Positions 47,672 through 57,198 of a DNA stretch of 64,000 nt are shown here, piece after piece. The stretch lies in IMG/VR virus record IMGVR_UViG_3300027792_000010; one strand, 5' to 3'. Position numbers and translations under genes: made by a program. Position 1 is the first letter of the stretch, and every line of letters starts with the position of its first letter. This DNA is from a virus. The notes beneath the pieces are model-generated. The model saw only the letters and a program-made list of their open reading frames with translations. It made no database searches and was not told the origin of the DNA.

Positions 47672-47788
47672 TACAAATGATACCATTAACTTCTGATTCT
47701 TTTGAAAAAAGGCCGTTGAAATACACGGCTCTAAATACAGTTATTCTAAATCAGTATACAGTACCAACAATAAAATAGGAGATATGAT

Positions 47789-48331
47789 ATGTCATCGATT
47801 TATCCGCCGATTTTAGTAAAAAAAGTCTCTCATGAGGCTAAGTTACCAGAGAGAGCTACTCCTACAGAATCTGGTTTAGATGTCTTTGCTTATTCAATAA
47901 CCAAGCACTATACTATTGATGGTTTTGAACTTATGCCGTTTTACACTGAGTCGGAGTACCATAAATGGAAGGTAGGTGATTTAACTTTTACGCTCAAAAA
48001 CGGTGAAAGGATACTTATCAGTACAGGTCTTATGGCTACGGTAGGACCAGGATATGAGATCCAAGTAAGACCTAGGAGTGGTTTGGCTCTAAAGAAGGGA
48101 TTGACTGTACTTAATAGTCCAGGGACAATCGATGAGGGTTATCGAAATATAATTGGGGTGATACTTATAAATCACTCAGGGGTTGATCAGGTGATAAAAT
48201 ATAATGAAAAGATTGCTCAGTTAGTTGTAAGTTCTGTAATACTTTCTGATGTTAAAGAGGTTACGGATCTTTCTGAAACTAAGAGAGGATTAGGTGGGTT
48301 CGGGTCTACTGATGTTAAACAATCAACATAG
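47789..48331 (+). CDS. dut: dUTPase (trimeric)
   Basis: 'GLDV', 'QVRPRSGLA', 'NSPGTIDEGYR', 'KIAQLV', 'RGLGGFGST'. Confidence 0.95.
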   Translation: MSSIYPPILVKKVSHEAKLPERATPTESGLDVFAYSITKHYTIDGFELMPFYTESEYHKWKVGDLTFTLKNGERILISTGLMATVGPGYEIQVRPRSGLALKKGLTVLNSPGTIDEGYRNIIGVILINHSGVDQVIKYNEKIAQLVVSSVILSDVKEVTDLSETKRGLGGFGSTDVKQST

Positions 48332-48667
48332 GGGTTGAAAGATATCTCATGGTTCTTTTTGAAGAAGTCGTAAAAAACATTCCAAAAATCATGTTGTAAC
48401 CAAGATTTCATGCAGGCTCAAACTTTCTATACGCTTTTCAGGTTTGACTCAGTTTACTTTTCCCCAACAAGTTAAACAGCAAAAAAGCCATCATATGTTT
48501 CATCCTGACTTAGTGTGTGAGTGCTTAGACAATCTTGATTTCAGCAGCTATGAATACCCCTACCTTTATTAATAAAGTTCTAATACAATCTCCATCTAAA
48601 AATAACAGTATAAAAAAGAAGGCCCAGGTAGGGCCTTCTCCTACTTCTTTATTGAGGGATGGTACTA

Positions 48668-49179
48668 TGTCATTTGAAAAAGCTTTAGAATTTGTACTTC
48701 GCTGGGAAGGCGGCTATGTAAATCACCCCTCAGATCCTGGTGGTGAAACTAATAAAGGAATTATAAAAAAAGAGTATAATAAGTATAGGTCAGAGAAATC
48801 TTTACCTTTACGCTCTGTTAAAGGGATAGAGGATTCAGAAGTAAAAGATATTTATGAAAATAAATATTGGAAAGTTGGGCACTGTGATGTAATGGGCGAT
48901 AAACTATCTATAGTTCATTTTGACTCTGTTGTTAATACAGGAATCACCCAAGGGGCTAAATTCCTACAACGTTGTTTGAAGGTTAAGGATGATGGAGTTG
49001 TAGGCCCTGAAACGATTAAGGCTTTGACAGTCTCTAACCAGGATTCTTTGGTATCCGAATATATAGGACAAAGAAAAGCTTTCTATCATAAAATTATTAA
49101 GGTGAATCCTAAATTACAGGTATTTCTTAAGGGCTGGTTAAGGAGAATAGATGCTTTAGAAAAAATAGTATCAGAATGA
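48668..49179 (+). CDS. GH108 lysozyme with peptidoglycan-binding domain
   Basis: 'WEGGYVNHPSDPGGETNKGI', 'FDSVVNTG', 'DGVVGPET', 'FLKGWLRR'; approximate start at MSFEKAL. Confidence 0.92.
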
Positions 49180-49278
49180 TATATTTTCGCTATTTTCTGT
49201 GGGCGCATCTTATTAATAATCTACAAATACTACTACTTATTAGTAGATAGTTAGGTCACTTATTAAGGAGTATTTCAT

Positions 49279-49830
49279 ATGCTGCCTAAAATTTCTTCTA
49301 TACTTGATGCCATTGCCGACTCTCTTGAGGCCAAAGGTTTTATTAAAGAAGCCTATGAGATTGATAAAATTGCTGATGCTATTGAAAAACTATCTTGGGA
49401 TATAGATGAAAAACCTTTAATAGTTAAGGTTAAACCTAACAGTACTATACAAGCAGACACATTACTACTCATAGGACAACTTAAAAAAGATATAGCAAAG
49501 GCTCTAAAGGATATAGCATGGGATGCTTCGAACGCTTATACAAATTATTATGATCAAGCAACTGATAAAACTAAAGAGTTAAAATCCAGACTTAGATCTG
49601 AATTAGAAAAAGCTAAAGTTAGGATATGGTCTAAAAATAATCTTTTTAGTGGCTTGGACGTTGATTCTTGGAAATCAGGTAATTATTATGATATCTCTAC
49701 AATATATGACATAGGTGAAGAGATTAGATCCAATATGAAGGGATTTGCAAAGCATAAAAAATCTGTAAAGGGGTTAAATTTACTGGATCTTATAGCAGAA
49801 ACCTATGATAAATCAAATCCATCATTGTAG
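49279..49830 (+). CDS. Shared-module protein (probable virion protein)
   Basis: 'ILDAIADSLEAKGFIKEAYEIDKIADAIE'. Confidence 0.6.
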   Translation: MLPKISSILDAIADSLEAKGFIKEAYEIDKIADAIEKLSWDIDEKPLIVKVKPNSTIQADTLLLIGQLKKDIAKALKDIAWDASNAYTNYYDQATDKTKELKSRLRSELEKAKVRIWSKNNLFSGLDVDSWKSGNYYDISTIYDIGEEIRSNMKGFAKHKKSVKGLNLLDLIAETYDKSNPSL

Positions 49831-49910
49831 TACTAGTGTCAAAGAGCCTCTGTCTTAATTTCTTCGCGCTCGCCTAAATACTCTCAAGCGGGGCGAATTT
49901 CTTACAACGT

Positions 49911-50138
49911 TCACTGCACAGCCGATAGTTGCCGCAAATCCTGGATAAGAAACACAACTTGCCGACTATCCAAACCGTTACTTTTAGCAGCCTCAAGTTG
50001 CTTTGCAAGAGCGGCAATTTTGGCTTGCAATTGTTGTAGGCTGTTTAAAACAGGCTCAACATCAGCCACGTAATAAAACAACCCCTCACTTGTTTGGTAA
50101 GGACATCCGTTATGAAAATCAATTTTTTTTAAAGACAT
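49911..50138 (-). CDS. Cassette ORF reading through its attC
   Basis: 'LQQLQAKIAAL...RQLSAVQ' spans attC 49902-50039. Confidence 0.6.
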   Translation of the reverse strand: MSLKKIDFHNGCPYQTSEGLFYYVADVEPVLNSLQQLQAKIAALAKQLEAAKSNGLDSRQVVFLIQDLRQLSAVQ

Positions 50139-50300
50139 ATAATAACTCCAATTCTAAGTTGAATACAACGGTTGATGTCTGTATGCTGTGCGGGGCCGAC
50201 GGTAGGGCGCTATACCTACACCTCCGGGTGTCCACTGTTTACCAACGGCGACCACTTATACAGTCTTCGCAGGCCCCACATAGCATACTGCATTTGTTAG

Positions 50301-50454
50301 GCGATTTAAGAAGTTGCCTCCGCAGTGTAAAGCGCATTGCCGCTTACTCAAGGCGACTGGACGTTTCGTTGCAAGCTTGCGACCTGTAACACGGTGTCTT
50401 ACTTCCGGTATGTAGAGTAATGCGCCTATAACCATAAAAGCAACCTCTTATTTC
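50301..50454 (-). ncRNA. Structured, probably non-coding cassette 2
   Basis: Ends shared with 51438-51589 (AGGTTGCTTT...GGAGGCAAC); inner stems GCGCATT/AATGCGC and TTACTC/GAGTAA. Confidence 0.45.
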
Positions 50455-50495
50455 GCCCAACGTTTGCCGCACAGATGCAGTGCGGTACGCCCAGG

Positions 50496-50753
50496 TTATG
50501 ATTTAACCGCATTGCACTCTTGCGGCTGTTGTTTGTCTGTGCTGGCCGTTTCCGCATTCTCCTGCGGCGCGTCTTCGATTTCTTCGACTTTTGTTTTAAT
50601 TGGGAACCAAAGGCGCCCCCCACCAAGGCCATCTTTTTCAAGCATTCTGCACACTGCTTCTGCTTGCTTTTTTGTTTCGTGAGTATCAGTTGTTTGGTTA
50701 TCACAAAAGCCGTGCATCGACTCCCATAGTGCTATTGACATATATCTTTTCAT
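50496..50753 (-). CDS. Cassette ORF, hypothetical
   Basis: SD AGGAG; ends within attC 50455-50534. Confidence 0.6.
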   Translation of the reverse strand: MKRYMSIALWESMHGFCDNQTTDTHETKKQAEAVCRMLEKDGLGGGRLWFPIKTKVEEIEDAPQENAETASTDKQQPQECNAVKS

Positions 50754-50835
50754 TCTTTTCTCCTGTTTTCGCGCTGCCTTTCAAATCAAAGAAAATTTCT
50801 AATTGCACACAACGTCCGACAAACGTGTGAAGTGC

Positions 50836-51057
50836 TCATATCGCACCAAGCATAGATTGAAACTCTTCCTCGCACTTGCTGCAACGCACATTTACAACAT
50901 CAACGCCACACTGTGAGCATTTTACACTTTGTTTGTTGGTTGTCTGTTGAGCGAGTTCCACAATTTTTTTTATGCGCTGTAACGCTTCGCGATGATGTGA
51001 CCAAGTGCCGCTATCGTTTGCAATTTTATCTAAAACTTCCAAATCTGCACTTAGCAT
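50836..51057 (-). CDS. Cassette ORF with CxxC motifs encoded in the attC loop
   Basis: SD GGAGG; 'TTNKQSVKCSQCG...CSKC'. Confidence 0.6.
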   Translation of the reverse strand: MLSADLEVLDKIANDSGTWSHHREALQRIKKIVELAQQTTNKQSVKCSQCGVDVVNVRCSKCEEEFQSMLGAI

Positions 51058-51151
51058 AAAACCTCCAATAAAATTAAGAGCGAAATTGCAACCAACGTTC
51101 TCGCAAATGTACGGTCGTTTTAATGCCGTACTTTGCGTGTTGGCTGTTGTT

Positions 51152-51331
51152 TACTTGCGCTCCTTAGCTATCTGAGGTTTTGCGGCCTCCGATAGCACGA
51201 TACACCTTGCAACTCGCAGACCTTCCAAAACACCATCAAGATATGCAGAAGCATGATCGTACATTTTTACCACGTCTGGGCACTCTCCACTAAGCTCCGC
51301 AAGAACAGCTTCCCTTTCGATTAACACCATA
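51152..51331 (-). CDS. Cassette ORF (59 aa) MVLIEREAVLAELSGE..., below the ORF-track cutoff
   Basis: SD GGAGG; hand-translated, ends AKERK-TAA before attC 51090-51145. Confidence 0.55.
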
Positions 51332-51437
51332 GCAAAACCTCCTATAATATAGCCGCAAGTAAATTGACTACAACGTTTGACACATTATGAAGTTGCGCTT
51401 CGCAATTTACGAAGTGAACATAATGCGTTTGTTGTGC

Positions 51438-51589
51438 GATTTAAAAGGTTGCCTCCATACTGTTACTGTGTGCGCCCTGCGGTTTTCGATGTCTAACGGT
51501 ATGATATACATCCGCCACAATTGCGCCCCAGCATTATCCTATTCACGGTAAACGCACACCTCAAATACAAGAAAGCAACCTTTTATTTT
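51438..51589 (-). ncRNA. Structured non-coding cassette 1
   Basis: AGGTTGC/GCAACCT closing stem; GTGTGCG/CGCACAC and GCGG-GATGT/ACATC-CCGC inner stems; no convincing ORF. Confidence 0.45.
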
Positions 51590-51597
51590 GCACAACG

Positions 51598-51661
51598 TCT
51601 ATTATACGACAGTACCTTGTGTAACTCATTGATTTTCTTTTAGATAAAATTTTTGAAATTT
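51598..51661. repeat. 64-bp direct repeat (attI-like), copy 2
   Basis: 63/64 identical to 18224..18287. Confidence 0.92.
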
Positions 51662-51666
51662 CACTA

Positions 51667-51906
51667 TTATTTTGCCTTTTTAATAATGTATACAGTGTCA
51701 TGAACAATTTTAGGAGTGTGACACGAACAGCTTTCGGAATGAATTATGCATATACCGGATTGAGACGTACCGTTAGTAACAATAATATATTCATGACCCT
51801 TAATTTTATACGTATGGATACTACCAACCCCAGTATGACCTAATGAAGGCATCTGTTTAGATGAGCAAATAAATACTAAAGATAAAATAGTTATTATGGC
51901 TTTCAT
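51667..51906 (-). CDS. Small secreted/lipoprotein-like hypothetical
   Basis: Signal-like N-terminus; 'HEYII..G...IIHSESCSC'. Confidence 0.55.
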   Translation of the reverse strand: MKAIITILSLVFICSSKQMPSLGHTGVGSIHTYKIKGHEYIIVTNGTSQSGICIIHSESCSCHTPKIVHDTVYIIKKAK

Positions 51907-52006
51907 ATAAGGGCTCCTCTTATTTTTGTTTTTAGCAAAGGACTATAATTCTCAAACCCACCTAATTATAACATAATATACTATTTGGAATAAAAAAAAA
52001 TAAAAA

Positions 52007-52930
52007 TTAATCTCTTCCCTTTTCGAGATTTAATATTTTTTTGTAGAGGATCAGCATTTCAGGGGTTATGACCTCAGGTGGCTTCTCAATGAAAATTACT
52101 TGTACTTTTCTTGTGAAGATGAAATTAGGTCTTTTGTCGTAGATAATAAACTCTGTTGCCTGGGGCGTAATATCGTACTTTAGGTTTTTACCAAACACTT
52201 CTATGAATCCATAATCTCCTATGAGTCTTTGGACGGGGGTTATTGGAATAAATGTAGTAAAGTAATCGCTGTCTATTTTAAATCTTTCATCTGGTTGTAT
52301 ATTAACTCTTATATGTACGTCTCCTCTTTTACCATTTATATCTTCATTACCTACACCTCTTAGTATCTCACCATGATACCAGTAGTGCTTTAAGTCTAAT
52401 CTAATTTTAAGATTTATAGATTCATTACTTACCCTATTACCCTTACAGTCCTTACATTTTGTACCTTCTAAGATACCAGTACCTTTGCAATATTGGCATG
52501 TTGTACTACCATTTAACATGCTAAGAATCTTATTATTTATACTTCCCTCACCTAAGCAGTAAGGGCATATCCCTTTTTCTTTTAACTCAGAGCCTGTACC
52601 CTCACAACTTTTACATCTATTATTTCTTACAACTGTTAGAATACGTTCCTTTTGGCAGTATACATCATCGAGGGTAGCGTTTATAGATACGTGTATAAAT
52701 CCTGAGGAAGGTCTTATGCTTTGCGGTTTTAGATCTATAAGAAGATTCTTATTATTTTCAAGATATGAAAAGGCAGTATTGATATTCTTGAATCTATCTT
52801 CAGCTTCTTTATCGCCTGGGTTTTTGTCTGGGTGATATTTCTTAGCGAGTTTACGCCATTGATCTTTGACATCATCAAAGGTGATAGGAGGGGAGAGTTC
52901 TAATGATTCTAATAAGTCTGAAATATCCAT
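52007..52930 (-). CDS. dnaJ: DnaJ-like chaperone
   Basis: J domain 'KYHPDKNPGDKEAEDRFK', four CxxCxGxG repeats, C-terminal domain. Confidence 0.9.
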   Translation of the reverse strand: MDISDLLESLELSPPITFDDVKDQWRKLAKKYHPDKNPGDKEAEDRFKNINTAFSYLENNKNLLIDLKPQSIRPSSGFIHVSINATLDDVYCQKERILTVVRNNRCKSCEGTGSELKEKGICPYCLGEGSINNKILSMLNGSTTCQYCKGTGILEGTKCKDCKGNRVSNESINLKIRLDLKHYWYHGEILRGVGNEDINGKRGDVHIRVNIQPDERFKIDSDYFTTFIPITPVQRLIGDYGFIEVFGKNLKYDITPQATEFIIYDKRPNFIFTRKVQVIFIEKPPEVITPEMLILYKKILNLEKGRD

Positions 52931-52974
52931 GTTATCTAATATACGAAAAAGGGAGGTCTCCCTCCCTTTATTTG

Positions 52975-53469
52975 TTATCTTGTTATACTTTTAGGGGCAT
53001 ATCTCAATAAGTCTGAGCCGAAAGTTCCTTTATAATCAGAAGAGAACGGGGAGTTATTAGTCAAATTAGGCTGAGTAACAACTCTAGGCACCTCAAAAGA
53101 TTTAAGTGCAGGGAGAGTACTAAGACTTTGTGTTGCTGAGTACCCTATCAGACGGATAACAAGGGGGGTATTGTAGAATTGTACCCCAAGATCCGATCTT
53201 GCCGTCCATATAAGCGTGTGGGCGGTTCCAGAAGTACCGAAAGTAAGACCTGTAGTAACTGACCCGCTTAATGCCATAGTTGTGTAGGTGACACCACCAT
53301 CAAGAGAATATTCGTAGTCTGTAATCTCTACATCGGATAAGGATGGGTTAGCAGTGCCTACATATGGAATAGTTAAGTTCTGAAAGTCAGCGCTTACAAT
53401 GGGACTACCTATCACAATTTTCAAAGCTATGCAATCAAGTACTGCAAGAAGGTCTTTATTATCAGCCAT
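52975..53469 (-). CDS. Probable structural protein
   Basis: Thr/Ser-rich beta content, 'YEYSLDGGVTY'. Confidence 0.5.
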   Translation of the reverse strand: MADNKDLLAVLDCIALKIVIGSPIVSADFQNLTIPYVGTANPSLSDVEITDYEYSLDGGVTYTTMALSGSVTTGLTFGTSGTAHTLIWTARSDLGVQFYNTPLVIRLIGYSATQSLSTLPALKSFEVPRVVTQPNLTNNSPFSSDYKGTFGSDLLRYAPKSITR

Positions 53470-53472
53470 ATA

Positions 53473-53856
53473 TTACTCCTCTTTCTTTATAGCTATGCCA
53501 GTTTTAGCAAGCTGTTTCTTTAGGGCTTTATCAAGAGCCTCTATCGTTTTTTTATCCTCAAGATTACTATATACGTCACCATGTAATATTTTAGCCGCGT
53601 CTTCATCATTAGGGTCATCTACTGGACCTAACGATATATTCTCTCTCTTATACACTACGAATGCTAAAAGAGTTCTTTTATCCTCAGGTATTATATCTGC
53701 AAGTGCATCTTTTTTATCATTTATATTCTTTTTCACAATACCAATCAGCTTAGGGCCTTTGCTATGCATAGTCCTTATATCGATATCATCAAGACCTATA
53801 CCCTTTTCAAGGATATCCGCTAATTTTCTTATTTTGGAACTTATTATTGTTTTCAT
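53473..53856 (-). CDS. Hypothetical protein
   Basis: ORF track; N-terminal 'IRKLADILEKG' weakly resembles the shared module. Confidence 0.5.
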   Translation of the reverse strand: MKTIISSKIRKLADILEKGIGLDDIDIRTMHSKGPKLIGIVKKNINDKKDALADIIPEDKRTLLAFVVYKRENISLGPVDDPNDEDAAKILHGDVYSNLEDKKTIEALDKALKKQLAKTGIAIKKEE

Positions 53857-53859
53857 ATA

Positions 53860-54300
53860 TTATTCGTAGTCAAATACAAAACGATAGTTAATTGTCCCGC
53901 TACCAACTGCCTGAATATACCCTACCTGGGCATCCAACCAAACATATTCTGGTGCTGATGGGTTAAGAACTAGACCATCCGTAGCCAAAGCCGCGTCTGG
54001 AGCATAGAAGTCACTGACTCCTGATCTCTGAATAAAGTTATCGGAAAGGGCAGAACTTCCTGCAGCAATCCCAGGGATAAATGTCGCATTTTTGTACTTA
54101 CCGAATAAACTATTTGTAAATGATCCTCTGCTCTCAAGGAACAGGGCAAGATGCGTGAAATTAGTCTCAGTCGTTACTACTGGCTTAATTACTATCGGGG
54201 TAGAAGTATGATTACCCTGAATAGTTTTACCAAAATCTACGCCAGTAGCATCATCCACTAAAGGACTGCCTGTGGTTGGATTGTATGTCGTTATTTTCAT
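53860..54300 (-). CDS. Probable structural protein, paralog of 54316..54762
   Basis: Shared 'MKI..Y.P.TG..L.DD.TG', 'YVWLD.QVG', 'INYRF.F.Y'. Confidence 0.6.
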   Translation of the reverse strand: MKITTYNPTTGSPLVDDATGVDFGKTIQGNHTSTPIVIKPVVTTETNFTHLALFLESRGSFTNSLFGKYKNATFIPGIAAGSSALSDNFIQRSGVSDFYAPDAALATDGLVLNPSAPEYVWLDAQVGYIQAVGSGTINYRFVFDYE

Positions 54301-54315
54301 TTTGGTCCTACCTTG

Positions 54316-54762
54316 TTAGTTATACTCGAAAGTGAATCTATAGTTAATATTAGTTGTGCTACCTGTCTCAAGCGCACCTACTTGAACATCTAACCATATA
54401 TAATCTCCGTTACCGTTTCCATCTACGCTTACAGATATACCATCTACTCCAGTAGCCAAAGGATTAAGAGTAAAATGATCTGTTATAAAAACACCATCAG
54501 AGATGGTAGTATCAGAGGTATATGATCGTACATTAGCTACAAATTGGTCGCTGAGAAAATATCCAAACTGAGATTGATTATATCCGCCATTATTCTGTAG
54601 AAACAACTTAATTTCATCAAACGTATCCTCTGTTGTTATTAGAGGTCTAACTACTACAGGTAATGCTCCATGCTTACCCTTCTGTATATTACCATAATTT
54701 ATACCAGTAATATCATCCTGCAAAAGGTTTCCAGTCCTAGGGCTATATGCTCTAATTTTCAT
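54316..54762 (-). CDS. Probable structural protein, paralog of 53860..54300
   Basis: Tandem paralog, downstream of the motif at 54813. Confidence 0.6.
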   Translation of the reverse strand: MKIRAYSPRTGNLLQDDITGINYGNIQKGKHGALPVVVRPLITTEDTFDEIKLFLQNNGGYNQSQFGYFLSDQFVANVRSYTSDTTISDGVFITDHFTLNPLATGVDGISVSVDGNGNGDYIWLDVQVGALETGSTTNINYRFTFEYN

Positions 54763-54824
54763 AAATGTCAGTCCAACAGAGTTTAATAGATTCTATTCTA
54801 TAACAAGCACATATTAATAAATTA

Positions 54825-55868
54825 TTACAGGTCTCTTTGGATGACCTCAAGGATGGAATTTAATCTGTGGGTATAAGAGTGCTTTAAAGCCACTTTTTTG
54901 TAAGCTTTGAATGCTGCTTCCTCTCGTAGCTTATCATCACCTAAATAGCGCTCTATTTGCTTTTGAAGGGTTTTGGAGTCAGAAAAGAAACCTACCTCAT
55001 CTTCTGTGAACACGTCCCTAGCTTCCGAACGGGTATCCTCCAACAATTGAAAACCCTGACACATACCGATCTCATAGGCGCGAGGATTTAAACTTTCCCC
55101 GATAAATCTACTTTTATTATTTGGGTTCTTTTGACTTCTTGTCTTAGGATTCCACTTTATATCTCTCATGATATTAACTACTATTTTAGAACCATTATAA
55201 TAATCTATAGTATCATTGTGGTCTATAGTATCATTTTTAACTACGTACTCCCATAAGGGTGAGCTTTTAGGCATATAGTTCATATGCCCTCCAAGTTTTA
55301 GATTTATATTATTAGCTTTAATAAAGGGTAAGACATCCTCAAACAGCTTACGCCTATTTGGGTACATAGCTCCTATAAATACTATGTCGCTGTGGAATTT
55401 AGGGTCTAATTGGTTCTTAGGTATCTTCTTACATTCAAAGTCATCTGCTGCCGTTGGACAGTAATAAACATTTTTGAACCTACTACTGTTAGCGATACTT
55501 CGCTCATTTGTGAAATAGTAATCTATGTTAGGGAGCTTTTCCATCATAGGTGACCAACAATGAGGGTCTTCAGTAGAGACTACTATCGTCTTAATGTCAT
55601 AAAAACTCTCTAAGATGAAATTTGGGATATTTAATCCGCCTATAAACATGACATGGGTGAACTCATTACTCTTTATCAGAGCAGTAGAGTGAGCCATACT
55701 GTAACAGATGGGAGGTTGAAGAAGCTGGTGAAAACCGTGAAAGGGGTAACCGTCGTGGTCTATCTCTAACTTTTGCATCGCCCTTAAATAACCATGGTAG
55801 ACATCTGTAAGGGCGAAAGGGGTAGGGTCAGAAACAAGAAATATTTTGATCTTATTTTTTGTCGGCAC
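54825..55868 (-). CDS. Glycosyltransferase (CgeB / Glyco_trans_1_2-like)
   Basis: 'SDIVFIGA..PNR', 'YYNGSKIVVN', 'NPRAYEIG.C.GFQL'. Confidence 0.85.
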   Translation of the reverse strand: MPTKNKIKIFLVSDPTPFALTDVYHGYLRAMQKLEIDHDGYPFHGFHQLLQPPICYSMAHSTALIKSNEFTHVMFIGGLNIPNFILESFYDIKTIVVSTEDPHCWSPMMEKLPNIDYYFTNERSIANSSRFKNVYYCPTAADDFECKKIPKNQLDPKFHSDIVFIGAMYPNRRKLFEDVLPFIKANNINLKLGGHMNYMPKSSPLWEYVVKNDTIDHNDTIDYYNGSKIVVNIMRDIKWNPKTRSQKNPNNKSRFIGESLNPRAYEIGMCQGFQLLEDTRSEARDVFTEDEVGFFSDSKTLQKQIERYLGDDKLREEAAFKAYKKVALKHSYTHRLNSILEVIQRDL

Positions 55869-56247
55869 GAGTAGAAATCCTTACCTCACCGGAATCTTCC
55901 ATTACAGAAAAAACGTTCAGTAGTCCTTTTTCCCTATAACCGATATTCCTGGATATTATATTAATTTGTCGGCTATTCATATCGTAACAGCCCCTATGTG
56001 AAAAATGCCAATCATCTGCTGTAATATTTGGGAACTCTTCTTTAGACACATCAATTTTCTTCTCACCATTCCAGTATAGTTCTATCTTTTTGATGAGTTC
56101 TTTATTTATCTCTGACCAATTAGTGGCGCAGGTTTTGTTGAGAGTCTGACTAAAGAAATTTTCTTTTTCTCTTATTTTTCTTCCGTCTTCATAATGGACT
56201 ATGAATCCAGTGAATGTGCTTCTATTCTGATTTTCTTTTTGGGACAT
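55852..56247 (-). CDS. Hypothetical protein
   Basis: ORF track. Confidence 0.55.
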   Translation of the reverse strand: MSQKENQNRSTFTGFIVHYEDGRKIREKENFFSQTLNKTCATNWSEINKELIKKIELYWNGEKKIDVSKEEFPNITADDWHFSHRGCYDMNSRQINIISRNIGYREKGLLNVFSVMEDSGEVRISTRADKK

Positions 56248-56566
56248 GGAATTTTAATCTCTTTATTTTTGGTTTTTTGAACACAGGCTTCTTAAGTTTA
56301 GGATGCGTTATTTTCTTTTTATGAGTTAACCACGAAGGTCTCGTTCTCTTAAATAGCTTCTTAGTCTTATGTAATAGCTTACTTGGGGACTTCTGCCTCT
56401 TCCTTAAGTATTTAATCTTAGTACGGTGCCTTTTATAGTATAGTCTGGCTTTCATCCTATCTATAGGATTTCTTTTTTTAAATGTCTTTACTAATTTCCT
56501 TTTCAAGACGGCGGTAATTATACGTTTTACTATTTCTAGCATTTCAATATCCTTTGATAAATCCAA
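56222..56566 (-). CDS. Highly basic (K/R-rich) protein
   Basis: Lys/Arg-dominated composition. Confidence 0.6.
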   Translation of the reverse strand: MDLSKDIEMLEIVKRIITAVLKRKLVKTFKKRNPIDRMKARLYYKRHRTKIKYLRKRQKSPSKLLHKTKKLFKRTRPSWLTHKKKITHPKLKKPVFKKPKIKRLKFHVPKRKSE

Positions 56567-56598
56567 TAACTTTACAGGGGAATCATATCAAAAGATTA

Positions 56599-57144
56599 TT
56601 AATTTATTAAACCATGATCCTTCTGAAACTTATATAGGTTGTATACTGGAGAATTCACCAACTCCATTTCAATCCTTTTATACTCTTCCATAAGAGGCTG
56701 TGCTTTAGCTGTCGTTATTGTTTTCTTTATAAGCATACTCCTTAGCTTATGTAGCCTTTTTAAGGGCTTTATGACCTCTTGATACTTCTTGGAGCTTCCG
56801 AAGAGAGAGGATGCATTTTTGAGTTTATGACAGTACTTGCATAAGTACCTTTGCTCACATTCCTTATTTTTAGTAGGCATATAGAGCTTTAAACAATTTC
56901 TCCCACATTTAGGGCAGCGGATATACCACCTCACACCACCAAGATGATTAGGGCTTGAGTAATATTCAAATACCTGATTGTTTATAGTAAAGGATTTTAG
57001 GCTTTCCTCCATCCTCACTCTGAATTGCTCTTCATTATCTGTATTAAACTTTTTCCTGATCTCTTTTTTTAAACGATTTATTATCGGAGAGAAGTTAAGA
57101 CAGTCTACAGATTCAAGTGTTACATATTTTGAGTTTGTGCTCAT
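56599..57144 (-). CDS. Zn-finger hypothetical protein
   Basis: 'GGVRWYIRCPKCGRNCLKLY...YLCKYCHKL'. Confidence 0.65.
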   Translation of the reverse strand: MSTNSKYVTLESVDCLNFSPIINRLKKEIRKKFNTDNEEQFRVRMEESLKSFTINNQVFEYYSSPNHLGGVRWYIRCPKCGRNCLKLYMPTKNKECEQRYLCKYCHKLKNASSLFGSSKKYQEVIKPLKRLHKLRSMLIKKTITTAKAQPLMEEYKRIEMELVNSPVYNLYKFQKDHGLIN

Positions 57145-57198
57145 ATTATACCTCTATATGCTATATTATTTATGTAAAAGCACAAAAGTATTAATAGA

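Larger units (their letters stand above)
49902..51661 (-). mobile_element. Integron-like cassette array B (six attC-type sites plus attI-like site)
   Basis: attC-type palindromes at 51368-51437, 51090-51145, 50807-50941, 50455-50534, 50163-50302, 49902-50039 (includes perfect GCCTAAC and GTTGGGC boxes); first GTT at 51590-51596 after the shared 64 bp. Confidence 0.85.
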
